Below are positions 12,247 through 22,900 of a stretch of 64,000 bases of DNA, one piece after another. A model generated the notes under the pieces. It saw nothing but the letters and a program-made list of their open reading frames with translations, searched no databases and was not told the DNA's origin. The position numbers and the translations under genes were made by a program. The DNA is from Takakia lepidozioides (taxonomy: Eukaryota; Plantae; Bryophyta). The stretch is taken from assembly GCA_030704615.1 (NCBI GenBank), contig CM060732.1:33232001-33296000 (forward strand), written 5' to 3'. The number at the start of each line of letters is the position of its first letter. The first letter of the stretch is position 1.

Positions 12247-12964
12247 TGAATGTCGTTGACGACATTCACTTCTTTGTCTGAGTCATTCTTAAGCGAGTAT
12301 ATGAATTCACCTGGTTAGGATCTAAGGGTGCAATTATATTGTCCCTGAGTAGAATGATAATGTCCTTGAATGGCGTTGACGACATTCACATACGGAGTGT
12401 GTTGTGTGGTCCTCAGGTTATTTAAATTTTTGTAATGTCCATAGAGGATACAATGAGGGTTGATCACTTCATTTTGCTGAATGTCAATGCAGACATTCAG
12501 TTGTTCTGCATTGTTTTTCCTCTTGCGATGAATATGGAGGCTTCATAAGCTCTGTTTATAGAAATCCAAAGTGACTGTCGTTGACGACATTCACAGCTGT
12601 GTCTGTATTATTAAAAAACGACAAATTCAATTTTCATGGATTGGGGAGCTAAGTATTGGTTTCTTTTTGTATTTTTGTGAATGGCGTTGGCGCCATTCAC
12701 ATACAGTGATGTTGTGAGGTCCTCAGTGATAGGTTCGTTATGAATGTGCATTGAGTTTTCCTGGTTGGTTCCTTACTCAATTTTTTATTTCCACCCTGTG
12801 ATTTTGCTTCATTTCAGTAATAATTTGGCTTCATTCTTGAATGTCGTTGACGACATTCACTTCTATGTCTGTGTCATTTCTAATCGCATATTTGCTTTCA
12901 CCTGGATTAGGATGTATTTACAGTGTCATGGATGGAATGTTCTGAATGGCGTTGACGACATTCA
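12247..12964. repeat. Intron array: 7 copies of the 22-bp palindrome TGAATGTCGTTGACGACATTCA, spaced ~95-160 bp apart
   Basis: Copies start at 12247, 12367, 12478, 12572, 12678, 12838 and 12943. Confidence 0.92.
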
Positions 12965-15489
12965 TATCTGGAGCAGTAGTGGTTTTGAAAAGGTCCTTGA
13001 AAGCCTTGGAGCAGTTGTCAGAGCCATTTGTATCCATGTTTTATTCTTTCTGTTCTACTTGCATCTTTCTCACTGAGCGCTTTTGTGGGGGGATTCATCT
13101 CTTTTTTCAGGTACACGAAATTGTGGCTTATGGAAGGAAATGAAGGAAATCCTGAGCGGAATTCCCGACTATCTTGACATGTGGTCGGACCCTGCAACGA
13201 TCCAACCATGTATACTGCAGGGATATTGAAGGACTGGAGTCCTTCTCACTTCAGAGACTGTGGGTGGTACCTTGACTTCCCACCTGAGCACACGACCTTT
13301 CAAGAACAGCATATGAAATACTTGAACAATAACGCTGAGATGCTGGCGCCTTTGACTGACGAGGAGTATATAACGAAACATAGCAACCTTGGCTGCCAAG
13401 GAGCCTGATGCTCAGGGAACGCCGCAGAAGGGAAAGAAGGCGGGCCGCAAACCAAAAGACAAGGCTGTTGATGTCATAGCCATCTCACCAGCAAAGCCAA
13501 AGGACAAAGACAAGTCCAAAGAGAAGGAAAAAGGACAAGGGGAAGGAGAATGAAAATGAGATGGAGATGGAGAGTGGGCAGGACTTTAGTGCTGGAAGAT
13601 ATACCCGCACTCTTCAGTGCGTGTTCGATGCCAAGCCACACCCTTCCCGTTCTGATTCAGCAGGAGAGATGAAAATTGTTAATGAGGGTTGGCTTTCGAT
13701 GATGCAGAGTCGAAAGAGAGGATACACTGGGGTGCCATCCCCTACCTGGGACAATATAATCTCATTCCTCAATCTGGTGAGAATTCCACTTTCTTTCCTT
13801 TTTCTCTGAATGTTTTTTTTCAGATTTCAGTCTCGCTTCTTTGAAAACATTCTTGCCATCGTCTTATAAAAAACATGTCTGTTGCAGGTGAGCACAGGTC
13901 CCACCTTCGTGTGCGGTGTGCAGAAAACTTATGCGGCCGACATTGTCATTCTCGACATCCCGGATGGCCAGGCTGTCCCAGAAGTTCTTCCAAAGGGCAA
14001 GACGCCAGGGTGGAACAAATTCGAGGACAACTACTGGAGTTGGGTATTCGCGGTTCTGTAACAATTTCCTCTCTGATGCAGGGACACTTCTGCTTTTTCA
14101 GTCATGTGACAATGATAGTCGTCGGGCATTGGCATCATACCTCAAGTCTTCAGAGGGTTTGAAGTTTTGCGCACAGGAATTGTGTGAACAGCCTCTACCT
14201 TGTGAAAGGGGGTTTCCCTGGTCAGCTGGTATGCCGTCTGCCTTCTGCTTATGCTTTGATCATGAGTTTCAATTTTCTCTGCAGCTCCACTCTAGTAGAA
14301 TGTTTTATGATCGACACCGATCATCAACGATTCATGGTTTTTGGTGTCAGAGTTCTGAATAGCCGATGTACACACTTCCACTTTAGATTGTGTTTACCAC
14401 ACTAACCTGCTATCTTTGGCAGACGAGGATGTTCGAGGCGATCTGCCTGCGGAGGATTCGCACATCAAAGACACCATCCTCCATCCGCAGCTTTGAGATT
14501 TCTGACCAGGGTTGTTTCGTCAACCCCCCCTATGAGCCCCATGTCGATGACATTTTGTACAACTTCATGCAGTCCAGTCAGACTCTGAAGAGACCAGATG
14601 GCACTCCCTGGAGAGGTGCAAAGGAAAAGTCACCAGCATTCATGCAAATACTGCTGGAGTCATGCAGCCACCGCTCTGCACGGGTGGTCGATCTTTCTGT
14701 GTCCACAGGTTCGTTTTCTCCCTTCCGAATTGGTTTCCTTTCAATAGTTTCATCTGCTTAAATCCCCTCCTCCAAACTGCTTATGTTCTCCTGTCTGGTG
14801 CAGGAGCAACTTACCACGCATGCAAGGCAGGCGGAAGAAGCCTTTTTGGTATGGAGGGTGATTCTGACCTCTACAACACAGTGCTCCTCCCCCTTTTGTC
14901 TGGCTCCACTTCAGGCACACAGACTGATCGTATTCATATTCGAAATGATGACGATCCCGAAGATAAGCAGGTCGACAACGACTTTTCATGTGAGTAAGTG
15001 CTAAACCCTCTTTGGGAGTCATACTCAATTTCTCGATAACATCAAAGTTACAGTAATAACTTTTTCAGGCTGTCTTTCAGGAAAGCCAGCGGTGGATCTT
15101 CAGGAGATACAGTCATTTCTGGCGAGTCTGTTTTCGACAGCCCCCTTTCCAATTTTCTGCTCCCTGTTTATGCCGAAGCAATGGCACTTCACGCGTCCGA
15201 GTCCCTATCCCCTGACTTTTTAGTGGCCAGCCGTAGGTGTATCCAGCGTGGATCCGGTGTTCTAAAATACTTAGACTTAGATGCAGAGGAAGAGGGGATA
15301 CATTGTACTGACTCTGAGTCAGACTGAACGGTATTCTTTTAATATTCATTTTCATATTATCTGGAAACGTTGAATCCCCTTACTCTACCGTAGTTGTTCC
15401 TTTAGAACAAATAATAATCACAGAATCAACTTTCGTTTAAATTGCTATATGTATGAATCCATCTCACAAACCTTCCTGACTCTTCTCAT

Positions 15490-15810
15490 ATCCATTGTGC
15501 ATTCATCTACACTGTATTCATGCGTGCTCCATTCATGAAAGCTTCCTTTGTACAACATCCATTGTACATTCATCCTCTGTACTCTTTAATCCACCCCACA
15601 AACCTTCCACACTCATTTCATATACTTTGTGCATTCGTCAAAAGATTTGGTCATGCATCTTCCTGTCATGAATTTTTGTCATTGCTCAACATCCATTATA
15701 CATTCATCCATTTTACTCTTATCCATCCGTCATTCATCCATCTACATAGATTTTTCAAACTCATCCATCTGTTTATCATCCAACTGTACATTCATCCATC
15801 ATTTATTCAA
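15490..15810. repeat. Low-complexity CATTCAT/TCATCCAT-rich tract near the right MULE end
   Basis: Many cattcat and tcatccat words on the + strand. Confidence 0.6.
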
Positions 15811-15899
15811 TGCCTTTTATTATGTCGTCCAGCTTGTTTCCGCGGTAAAGGGTGCCAATCCGCGGGAATACACTCCACTTCTTTCTGGGTGCGTGGTGA

Positions 15900-16031
15900 C
15901 TCGGCCTCCACGTGTGATGACGTGGACTGAGACCCGTGATGTGGCATTTGCGCAAGGTGACGTGGCGTGAGCGCAGTCGCGCTCACGCGCTCACGTGCTC
16001 ACGTGACCAGGCTCACGCCGAGGCATCCCTG
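15900..16031. repeat. MULE right TIR/subterminal repeats
   Basis: GCTCACG(C/T) repeats inverted relative to the left-end GCGTGAGC. TGACGTGGCGTGAGC at ~15958. Confidence 0.85.
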
Positions 16032-19000
16032 ACAGGGCAGTAAATGATGGAGGCCTTGAAAGATCCAGTAATTCCTCACGTGTTGTAGGATCAAGCCCAT
16101 CTGATTGAATTGAGAGATGATCCCGTACACCTTGAGGGAGCCAAACAGCAAATGGAGGACAAGGATGCAAATCATGAGGGTACTGAATTGCCGTGGGATT
16201 GCTCATGCCTTCCAGCCCTTGCTCCTCACGAAACAAGCGTCGTCTGGCTTCTATCCGTGTGGACTCTGCTTCATATATCCTGTCACAATCCGAGGGTCAG
16301 CCAGGAGATTGACAGAGGTGGCGTGGGAGATTTGAAAAGACGCCATATGCCAACTAATGATAAATGACTAAAACTTGGAAATCTGAATGTCAATGAAGTA
16401 GATTTCTTACCCCAACATGACTGACAGACGAGGATGGTTCTGAATGATGTACTCATGTACAATATCACACATGTCATTCAATTTTCGGGCTTTAGAACTT
16501 CCTTCCACAACTTCACGTTCCACAGATTCTGCCTCATCTGCATCCCACACCCTTCGTACACTTCCATCAAATCTTGCCATATACTCTGTGCAAAAACCCA
16601 ATGCTTCTTCAAATTGGTATCCTTCTGCCATGCTCCCCTTGGGCCTTGCCATGTTTCTTACGTAGCCCTTCATATCTTTCATTGCCCGCTCCATGGGGTA
16701 CATCCAACGAGATGCTACGGGCCCGCATAAGTACAACTCATCCACTAGGTGAACAACCAGATGTGTCATCACATCAAAAAATGATGGTGGGAACTCCTTC
16801 TCTATAAGACACAGAGTGAGAACTGCTTCAGTTCTCAATGACTCATACTCTACAGGATTCACCCCTTTTGCACACAACTTCTTAAATACACGACATACTC
16901 GCAAAATGGCCCTTCGAGGACCACTTGCCATGAGCCCACGGATAGCAAGCGGTATAATTTGTTGCATGAGCACATGATAGTCATGTGATTTCATGCCAAA
17001 CAACTTCTTCTTCACCACATGCTTTTTGAAAGCTGATGCGTAGCCTGTTGGCACTTTCAAGTTCTGCACATCCTCCAGAAAGACTTGTAACTCAGCCTCA
17101 GTGAGGACATAAGGGGTAGGAGGCATAATTAATGTATCTACTCTGTCAGGATTACGTTGTAGCCACAATTCCGGGCGCATCCCAAATACCTCCAAATCAC
17201 GGCGAACTTTCAATGTGTCTTTCTCACCAAAGATAGTTTTAATAATATTTTCAGCCAAGTTCTTCTCGCAATGCATTGCGTTAAACGTGTGGCGGATGAG
17301 GAGACCCTACAAAATGAACACATAAGCTATTGAGCATTTACTCATCACAATTTAAACAGAAAACGCAAAAATGTACACAGCCAATTTAAAGGCCATGAAG
17401 GAATTACCTCCCAATAAGGTAAGACATATAAAATTGACAATCGCTTAACTCCATGAGTTTTTGCTAGGTCTGTCCTGCTATCTGGCGTCCCTCCGTTTTC
17501 CACCCATGCAGTGCGAGCTGTTGCAAGCTCATTGATTTGTGTTCCAGTCTGCGTTTTTGGAGGAGTTCCATGCTCAGTAGCGCCATTGAACATTCTTGAC
17601 CTTCTATATGGATGATTGCGGGCCAAAAATCTTCGGTGGCCTAGGAAAACAATTTTTCCACATGTGTGTAACTGCTGTGAAGTCACATCGGGTCCATAAG
17701 TTGGACAACCAGCATAACCTTTCGTCACTTGACCTGAGAGCAAGCCATATGCAGGGTAGTCATGGATTGACCACATCAACACTGCCCTCAGTGTGAATTC
17801 GCGTTGACCACGAGGACGGGAAACATCATGAGCTGCAATCCCTCTCCATAGTTCCAGTAGCTCTTCCACTAGGGGCATCAGGTAAACATCTACGTTGTCC
17901 GAGGTAACAGACTCCTTACCAGGAATCAGTAGCGCTAACATGACAAAGAACTTTTTGGTCATTAACCACGGAGGCAGATTGTAATTGACCAAGAGAATGG
18001 GCCATGTGCTCCAACTTGTGGATTGAGCTCCGTAGGAATTTACACCGTCTAAGGCCAATCCAAATCGCAGAGATCGTGGCTCTGCAGCAAAATCCTCAAA
18101 TGTGGTGTCAATGTGTCTCCATGCTTTGCTATCAGCTGGATGTCGAACCAACCCATCCTGGCTCTTATGTCTGTCGTGCCATGTCATGAGGTTAGCGATC
18201 GATTTACATCGGTACATACGTTTCAACCTTGGAATGACAGGGAAGTGTCGCAATACTTTCTTGGGCACACTTCCACGACCTGGAATGTAACGGGAACTGC
18301 GGCACACTGGGCAAATGTCTACATTCTCATACTCCCCACGGAAGAGTACACAACCACGCTCACAGGCATGAATCATGGTGTACTGCAATCCCATCTTGGC
18401 AATCATGGTTTTTGCTTCATAGTGAGTTTTCGGCAATGAATTCTCTTGAGGCAAAAAACTCTTACGCAACAATCCCAGAAGCTCATCCACAAATGCATTG
18501 GTGCACTTGTGGGTAGTGCATGCATTCAGCAACGTCAAAGTTGCTTGCAGCCGGCTGATGGAGCACCCTTCAAAAAGTGCGACTGTCGAAAGAGTTTATC
18601 ATACTCGGGATCAACGTGCAGGTGAGCATTCTCATCAAATTCATTGTCTCCGGAATCGTCGAGATCATCGTCATGATCGGCAAATGTGTGATCGGTTCCA
18701 CCATGAATGGGGTCCTCTCTGTTTGCATCTGCAAAGAGAAACGCTTCCTGCAATGCACGCTGCATTTCTACCTCCAATCCACCACTCTCATCTGCGTTCT
18801 CTGTGACATTGGGCTCCCGCTGTGCCGCAGGGCCTTTGTCTTCATCATCTGAATATTCACATCCCTGCATCCCAATAGTCATCTTGTGAGTGGACCAACA
18901 ACGATGTGACACTTGTTCATATTATGACATAGGAGGCACGGTGACGTTGCAGTGATGCAGTCATATTTACGTATGTATCTTATGAATATACACCCAATCA

Positions 19001-19507
19001 AAACACGACATTTGTAGCCATTGAAGTCATAGTTGCAGTCACTTACTTAGTCATATATGACTACATGACTACACATGACCAATGAAAACACGACATGTGC
19101 ATTAATTAAAGTGATAACGGAAGTGGCGTAGTCATAGTCACGTCTGTATCTTATGACTTCTTGACTACAATCACCCAACGAAATGTCGACATGTGGAGAA
19201 GAGGATCGTTGCATTCAAAATTCAAACTAAAGTGCTGAAGGGAAAATGACGATCTTACCGGAAGAGAATAACGTCGGAGAAGAGGATCCCTCCCGTGTAT
19301 CATGTAATGATTCCTCACTGTTTCCAACAACAGTACTTTTCCTCCATGACACTCATCGCAGTTGCATAGCATTTTTGTATGCCCATTCCTTGTGGCATAA
19401 GCTTCTTTCATTCGCCATAGACGGTCATCTATTCTACGCCTACGCATCCGGTCGCCACCTGCACTGTACATGCTTTGAACGTCACCCCTTCTTTGCATGC
19501 TACGCAC
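16032..19507 (-). pseudogene. CACTA TnpD transposase, 5' and central part (transposase-associated Cys/His domain, Transposase_21-like, DUF4218-like)
   Basis: MLCNCDECH...VRNHY; IHACERGCVLFR; HPADSKAWRHID; LALDGVN; WSIHDYPAYG; MHCEKNLAEN; KSHDYHVLMQQ; PPSFFDVMTHL; RWMYPMER. Introns at ~19258-18865 and ~17407-17308. Confidence 0.92.
18950..19160. repeat. Cluster of AGTCAT/ATGACT motifs in the first TnpD intron
   Basis: Same word as the CACTA subterminal repeats, e.g. ttagtcatatatgactacatgactacacatgacc. Confidence 0.55.
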
Positions 19508-19904
19508 AGTGCATTGTCTCTAGTTTTGCACCAGCTGCCAATGTGCTATTTCTATATCTATAGTATACTATAAGTATCGTTTCTGAGTGTCCATGGTGAA
19601 GCGGAAGGTCTTCGAAGTGACAGTCCCTCTCACTGAGTACGAGAAGTTCCGAGAGCGCCGGATTGCTGCCATAAAGGAGGTGGAAGCAACGTTCAAGCAG
19701 TCGATAGATGGGTGAGTTTAGTTCCTGACTTTGGATACCCACCCACTAAACTTGCGATTCGCCTTATCCTCTAACCTTCCTACAGCGATCATAAGCTTCA
19801 TAGCACAAATGGGGGCGAGTAGCTGCGACTTGTACAAACAGAGAGGCAAACAACATGCAGTGAGTGACGATTAGGTTTGAGGAGGGTGTGTCATTAGGCG
19901 GGAG

Positions 19905-22900
19905 ATGTCCGCCGTCATTCGTGGGCAGCCATTACCCTGGTAGGGTGCGGCTGTGGTTCAGCGTAGGCTTAAGAGTATTAGGGTATGTATGCTTGCATTT
20001 GTTTGTGATTGTTTGAGAGGGAGGTCATGGAGGTGTTTGTGCAGGCTTGCGGGAGCGAATCGCCCTCGCAAGCCACGCGCTCCGAAGGAAAAAGCTAGGG
20101 ATCAAGGTCCTGCAAGGCAAAGTGCCAGACTGAAGACGATGAAGACTACGATTCTGCATGAGGGCTCTTCTGAGGACGATGAGGACGATCCACTCCTCCC
20201 ACGCCAGTGCGAGGCGAGTGCGTCGTCGGCGGATGCCACGGCAAGCCGAGGAGAACATGCCCATGCTCATGTCGCAGGACAAAAACGCCCATCATCTACA
20301 CTACGAACACCTTCTCCGTTGTGAGTTATAGTTCTTCACAATGACCATGATTCAAATTATGTATGTTTTTGGTAAAATCACGAAGAGATAGGGTATGGTA
20401 AGATCATGAAGAGATAGGGTATGTCTGTCAAGACAGGGAAGTTGGACAATGCAGGGGTCAACCAAGGCACAATCACAAATGATTTCCACTAGACAAGTTG
20501 AAGTGCCAAAGGCATGATGTCAAGCCAATGTAGACTTCAGGTGTGTTCAAATTCTTTGCCCCATGAAACCAACGTCCTGATACTAAGCTACAATGGCTAC
20601 TTATAGAGATACTTGGGTTACTTATGCACCCAGAATATCAGTAAAACTTGGAGGGATACTTCTCATGGACCCATCAGGTTTGTCCATTTGAATTCTTGCT
20701 ATGGATTTCAGGAACACCCCATACCTAAGAGGGTTCAAAAATGTACTGGGAGGACATCATTGGGGCCAATCAAATTTGGGAGATTTACTGCCCAAGATCA
20801 TACTGAGTTTTGGGTAATCTTGTCTTTACAAATGATATGTGCTTCCAGTTTGTTATATTGAATTCAAGGATTTGCTGCTTGCTGCCTATATGTATGTGTA
20901 ATCACCCACATTGTACTGGGGGAATTTCTTTTCAGGGCAAGCACAAGCGCACTGGATCCACGATCCCTGCTGCTAGCAATGGAGATGGCGCCCACAAGAA
21001 CGCAGGAGGTGGCCCTAACTCTCCCATCGTTGTGGGTTCTGTGCCACCAGTACCCCCACCTTATTATGGTATGCCTCAGTACCCACAATCTGGCACTCAG
21101 TATGGTCAGGGTCAATATGGTGCTCCTCCATATGGGCAGTATGGCCAGTATCCTCCTCCACCATATTTGCCACCCCCTAATAGCTATGGGGGTGGCAGGC
21201 CACCGGAATATCCTCCTGCTTATGGACAGTATGGCCAGTATGGTCCTCGGCCTTCTGGCCAACAGCCATGGCCACCAGTCCCTACTTGGCAGGATCCTGC
21301 TTTGAATTCTCCTGAGCGCACGGAGGTCTCTGAAGGAGGGGAGGGTGCCGTTTCAAAGAATGATAGAACCAATGCTTTAAGGAGGGCTAATAGCTCAGCC
21401 AAAATTGAAGCTGCCAAGGTGAAGGAAGAGAGAATAGCTGCAGGTCTTCCTCCCACGGTGATTTTGACGAACCTCAAAGGAGCCCCGTATGGTCAGACCC
21501 GGAATGTATGGCACGCTGCCCTTAAAGGACAGGCTTATCACAAGCTAGATTGTTCCCTTGCCATCAACAACCAACCTGATGAAGTTGTATACAAAATCAG
21601 AGATCACCTGGCTAAGCTATTTTCACAAACAATTGGCAGAATAATGAAGAGCCAACGTTATGAAGCACACACTGCGTGGTTGGGTGGTAAGGGGAAACCC
21701 ATTACTGTATCTGACGAGGTATGGAACAAGCTTGTAAGTTACTGGCAGACAGAGGTGTTCCACAAAGTGTCGGGCAACATAAAGAAGGCAAATGGTGCAA
21801 TTCAGAATCCTACCAAGACTGGCCGTGGTGGGAAGGCAATGGTGGAAGCACGCTTGGTAAGTGGCATCATCACGACTCTGTATTTTGTTCCTCATTGAAT
21901 TGCTATGTGTATATAGTCAGCCCTCACATTGCTTACTGACTTGTGGCATGGATTAATTTGTAGGAAACACTATCAGGGTGCCCTCCTACATTATATGAAA
22001 TTCAAGAGGGTTCAGTGTCACGGTTGTCAGCTGGGAGTGACAGGCGGGTAAATGTGTTTTCCACGTTTGCTAGAGTGGTTGCTGCATCATAGGTTGCTAG
22101 GGTTTTTTTCAAGGCTTTTGGCCTGGGTTTTCTTTCCAATGGTTGTTCATGCTAGGTTTTTTTTGTTTGATTCATACTTGGGCAAGTTTTCATGGATTGG
22201 CAGGAGGGAAGTCTCGCATATTCTACAGTAGTTGGCAGGATGGATGGCTTGGACAAACTGGTGGAATCACAAAGACGTGACATGGCAGAATTAAAATTAC
22301 AGATGCAGAGTATGATTGAGTACCAGAAAGCCATTGTGACCAGATTGGGGATTAATCTACCAGGCGCAGGACCAGTGACATCTACGATGGATACGTCTGC
22401 TGTGACAGTATCAAAATGTTTGGAATCCCAATTTCAGACGGTAACTGGTGCTCACTCTAAGCCCTTATGTCTTCCTGTCACTGATGATCTTTTGAATTTG
22501 ACCGAGCAGCAGCAGGATACAGGGAAGGCCAGCTGTGAGGTACACGTGGAAATTCAGCCCTTGCCACGTACAAAGGCAGTAGCAGTCCAGGGGGCAATGG
22601 TGACAGAGCCGCCGGGCACACCGGATTCTGGTATGCAGGTATGTGGGAGTTTAAATGGGGAGGAAGATGCAGACGGGGACAAAACAAACAAGCAGGTTGC
22701 TTTATTTCTCCTGCTCACATGTTGAAGCCAAATGACAGTTTACTTCCTGGACCAACGAGGAAGCATTTACTAATTTTGGACTTAAATGGTCTGTTATGTG
22801 AATCTTTTCATTCTGCTAATGGGCCTGCATCCCTTCCCAAAGGTTTTGTGGGAAAGATGTGTGGCAAGAAGATGGTAGTTTTGAGACCACGCTGTTATGA

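Larger units (their letters stand above)
9680..15200 (+). pseudogene. Multi-exon MULE cargo gene: ParB/Srx-like domain fused to a beta-class N4C/N6A DNA methyltransferase-like domain; several frameshifts
   Basis: Exons bounded by GT-AG at about 9680-9979, 10422-11049, 11144-11336, 11421-11855, 11940-12166, 13111-13776, 13888-14229, 14423-14708, 14804-14989 and 15070-?. ParB-like FYVWDGNHRL (DGNHR at 10901-10915). MTase-like ADIVILDIPDG, WVF.FCNNFLSDAGTLLLF, and spliced KEKSPAFMQILLESCSHRSARVVDLSVSTGATYHACKAGGRSLFGMEGD. The 3' end is approximate. Confidence 0.8.
4658..16031. mobile_element. Mutator-like element (MULE), 11,374 bp, carrying a transposase and a ParB-like/DNA-methyltransferase cargo gene
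   Basis: Direct repeat ACAGGGCAG at 4649-4657 and 16032-16040. Termini CAACGACGCAATGGCGTGAGC and (revcomp) CAGGGATGCCTCGGCGTGAGC align ungapped at 15/21. Removing the element and one TSD restores TnpD in frame (PSFTALS-FKSMTTYGNHY). Confidence 0.92.

Noticed and set aside
12247-12964. CRISPR array interpretation of the palindromic repeats
   Set aside because: Spacers are long and uneven (~70-140 bp) and partly duplicates of one another. The array sits in a spliceosomal intron and no cas genes are visible.
12744-13076. 110-aa ORF and other short ORFs in the repeat-bearing intron and at 15520-15970
   Set aside because: They are translations of repeat or low-complexity non-coding DNA with no recognisable motifs.
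9680-15200. Bacterial contamination as the source of the ParB-MTase gene
   Set aside because: The gene has multiple GT-AG introns at positions shared with the second copy, and it lies inside nested plant transposons.
4647-16040. 11-bp TSD, or homology-based (tyrosine recombinase) integration
   Set aside because: TIRs align ungapped with ends at 4658 and 16031, giving a 9-bp TSD typical of MULEs. The encoded enzyme has DDE/CxxH motifs.
20371-20423. 26-bp tandem duplication in an intron of the CACTA second gene
   Set aside because: Only two copies, consistent with ordinary slippage.
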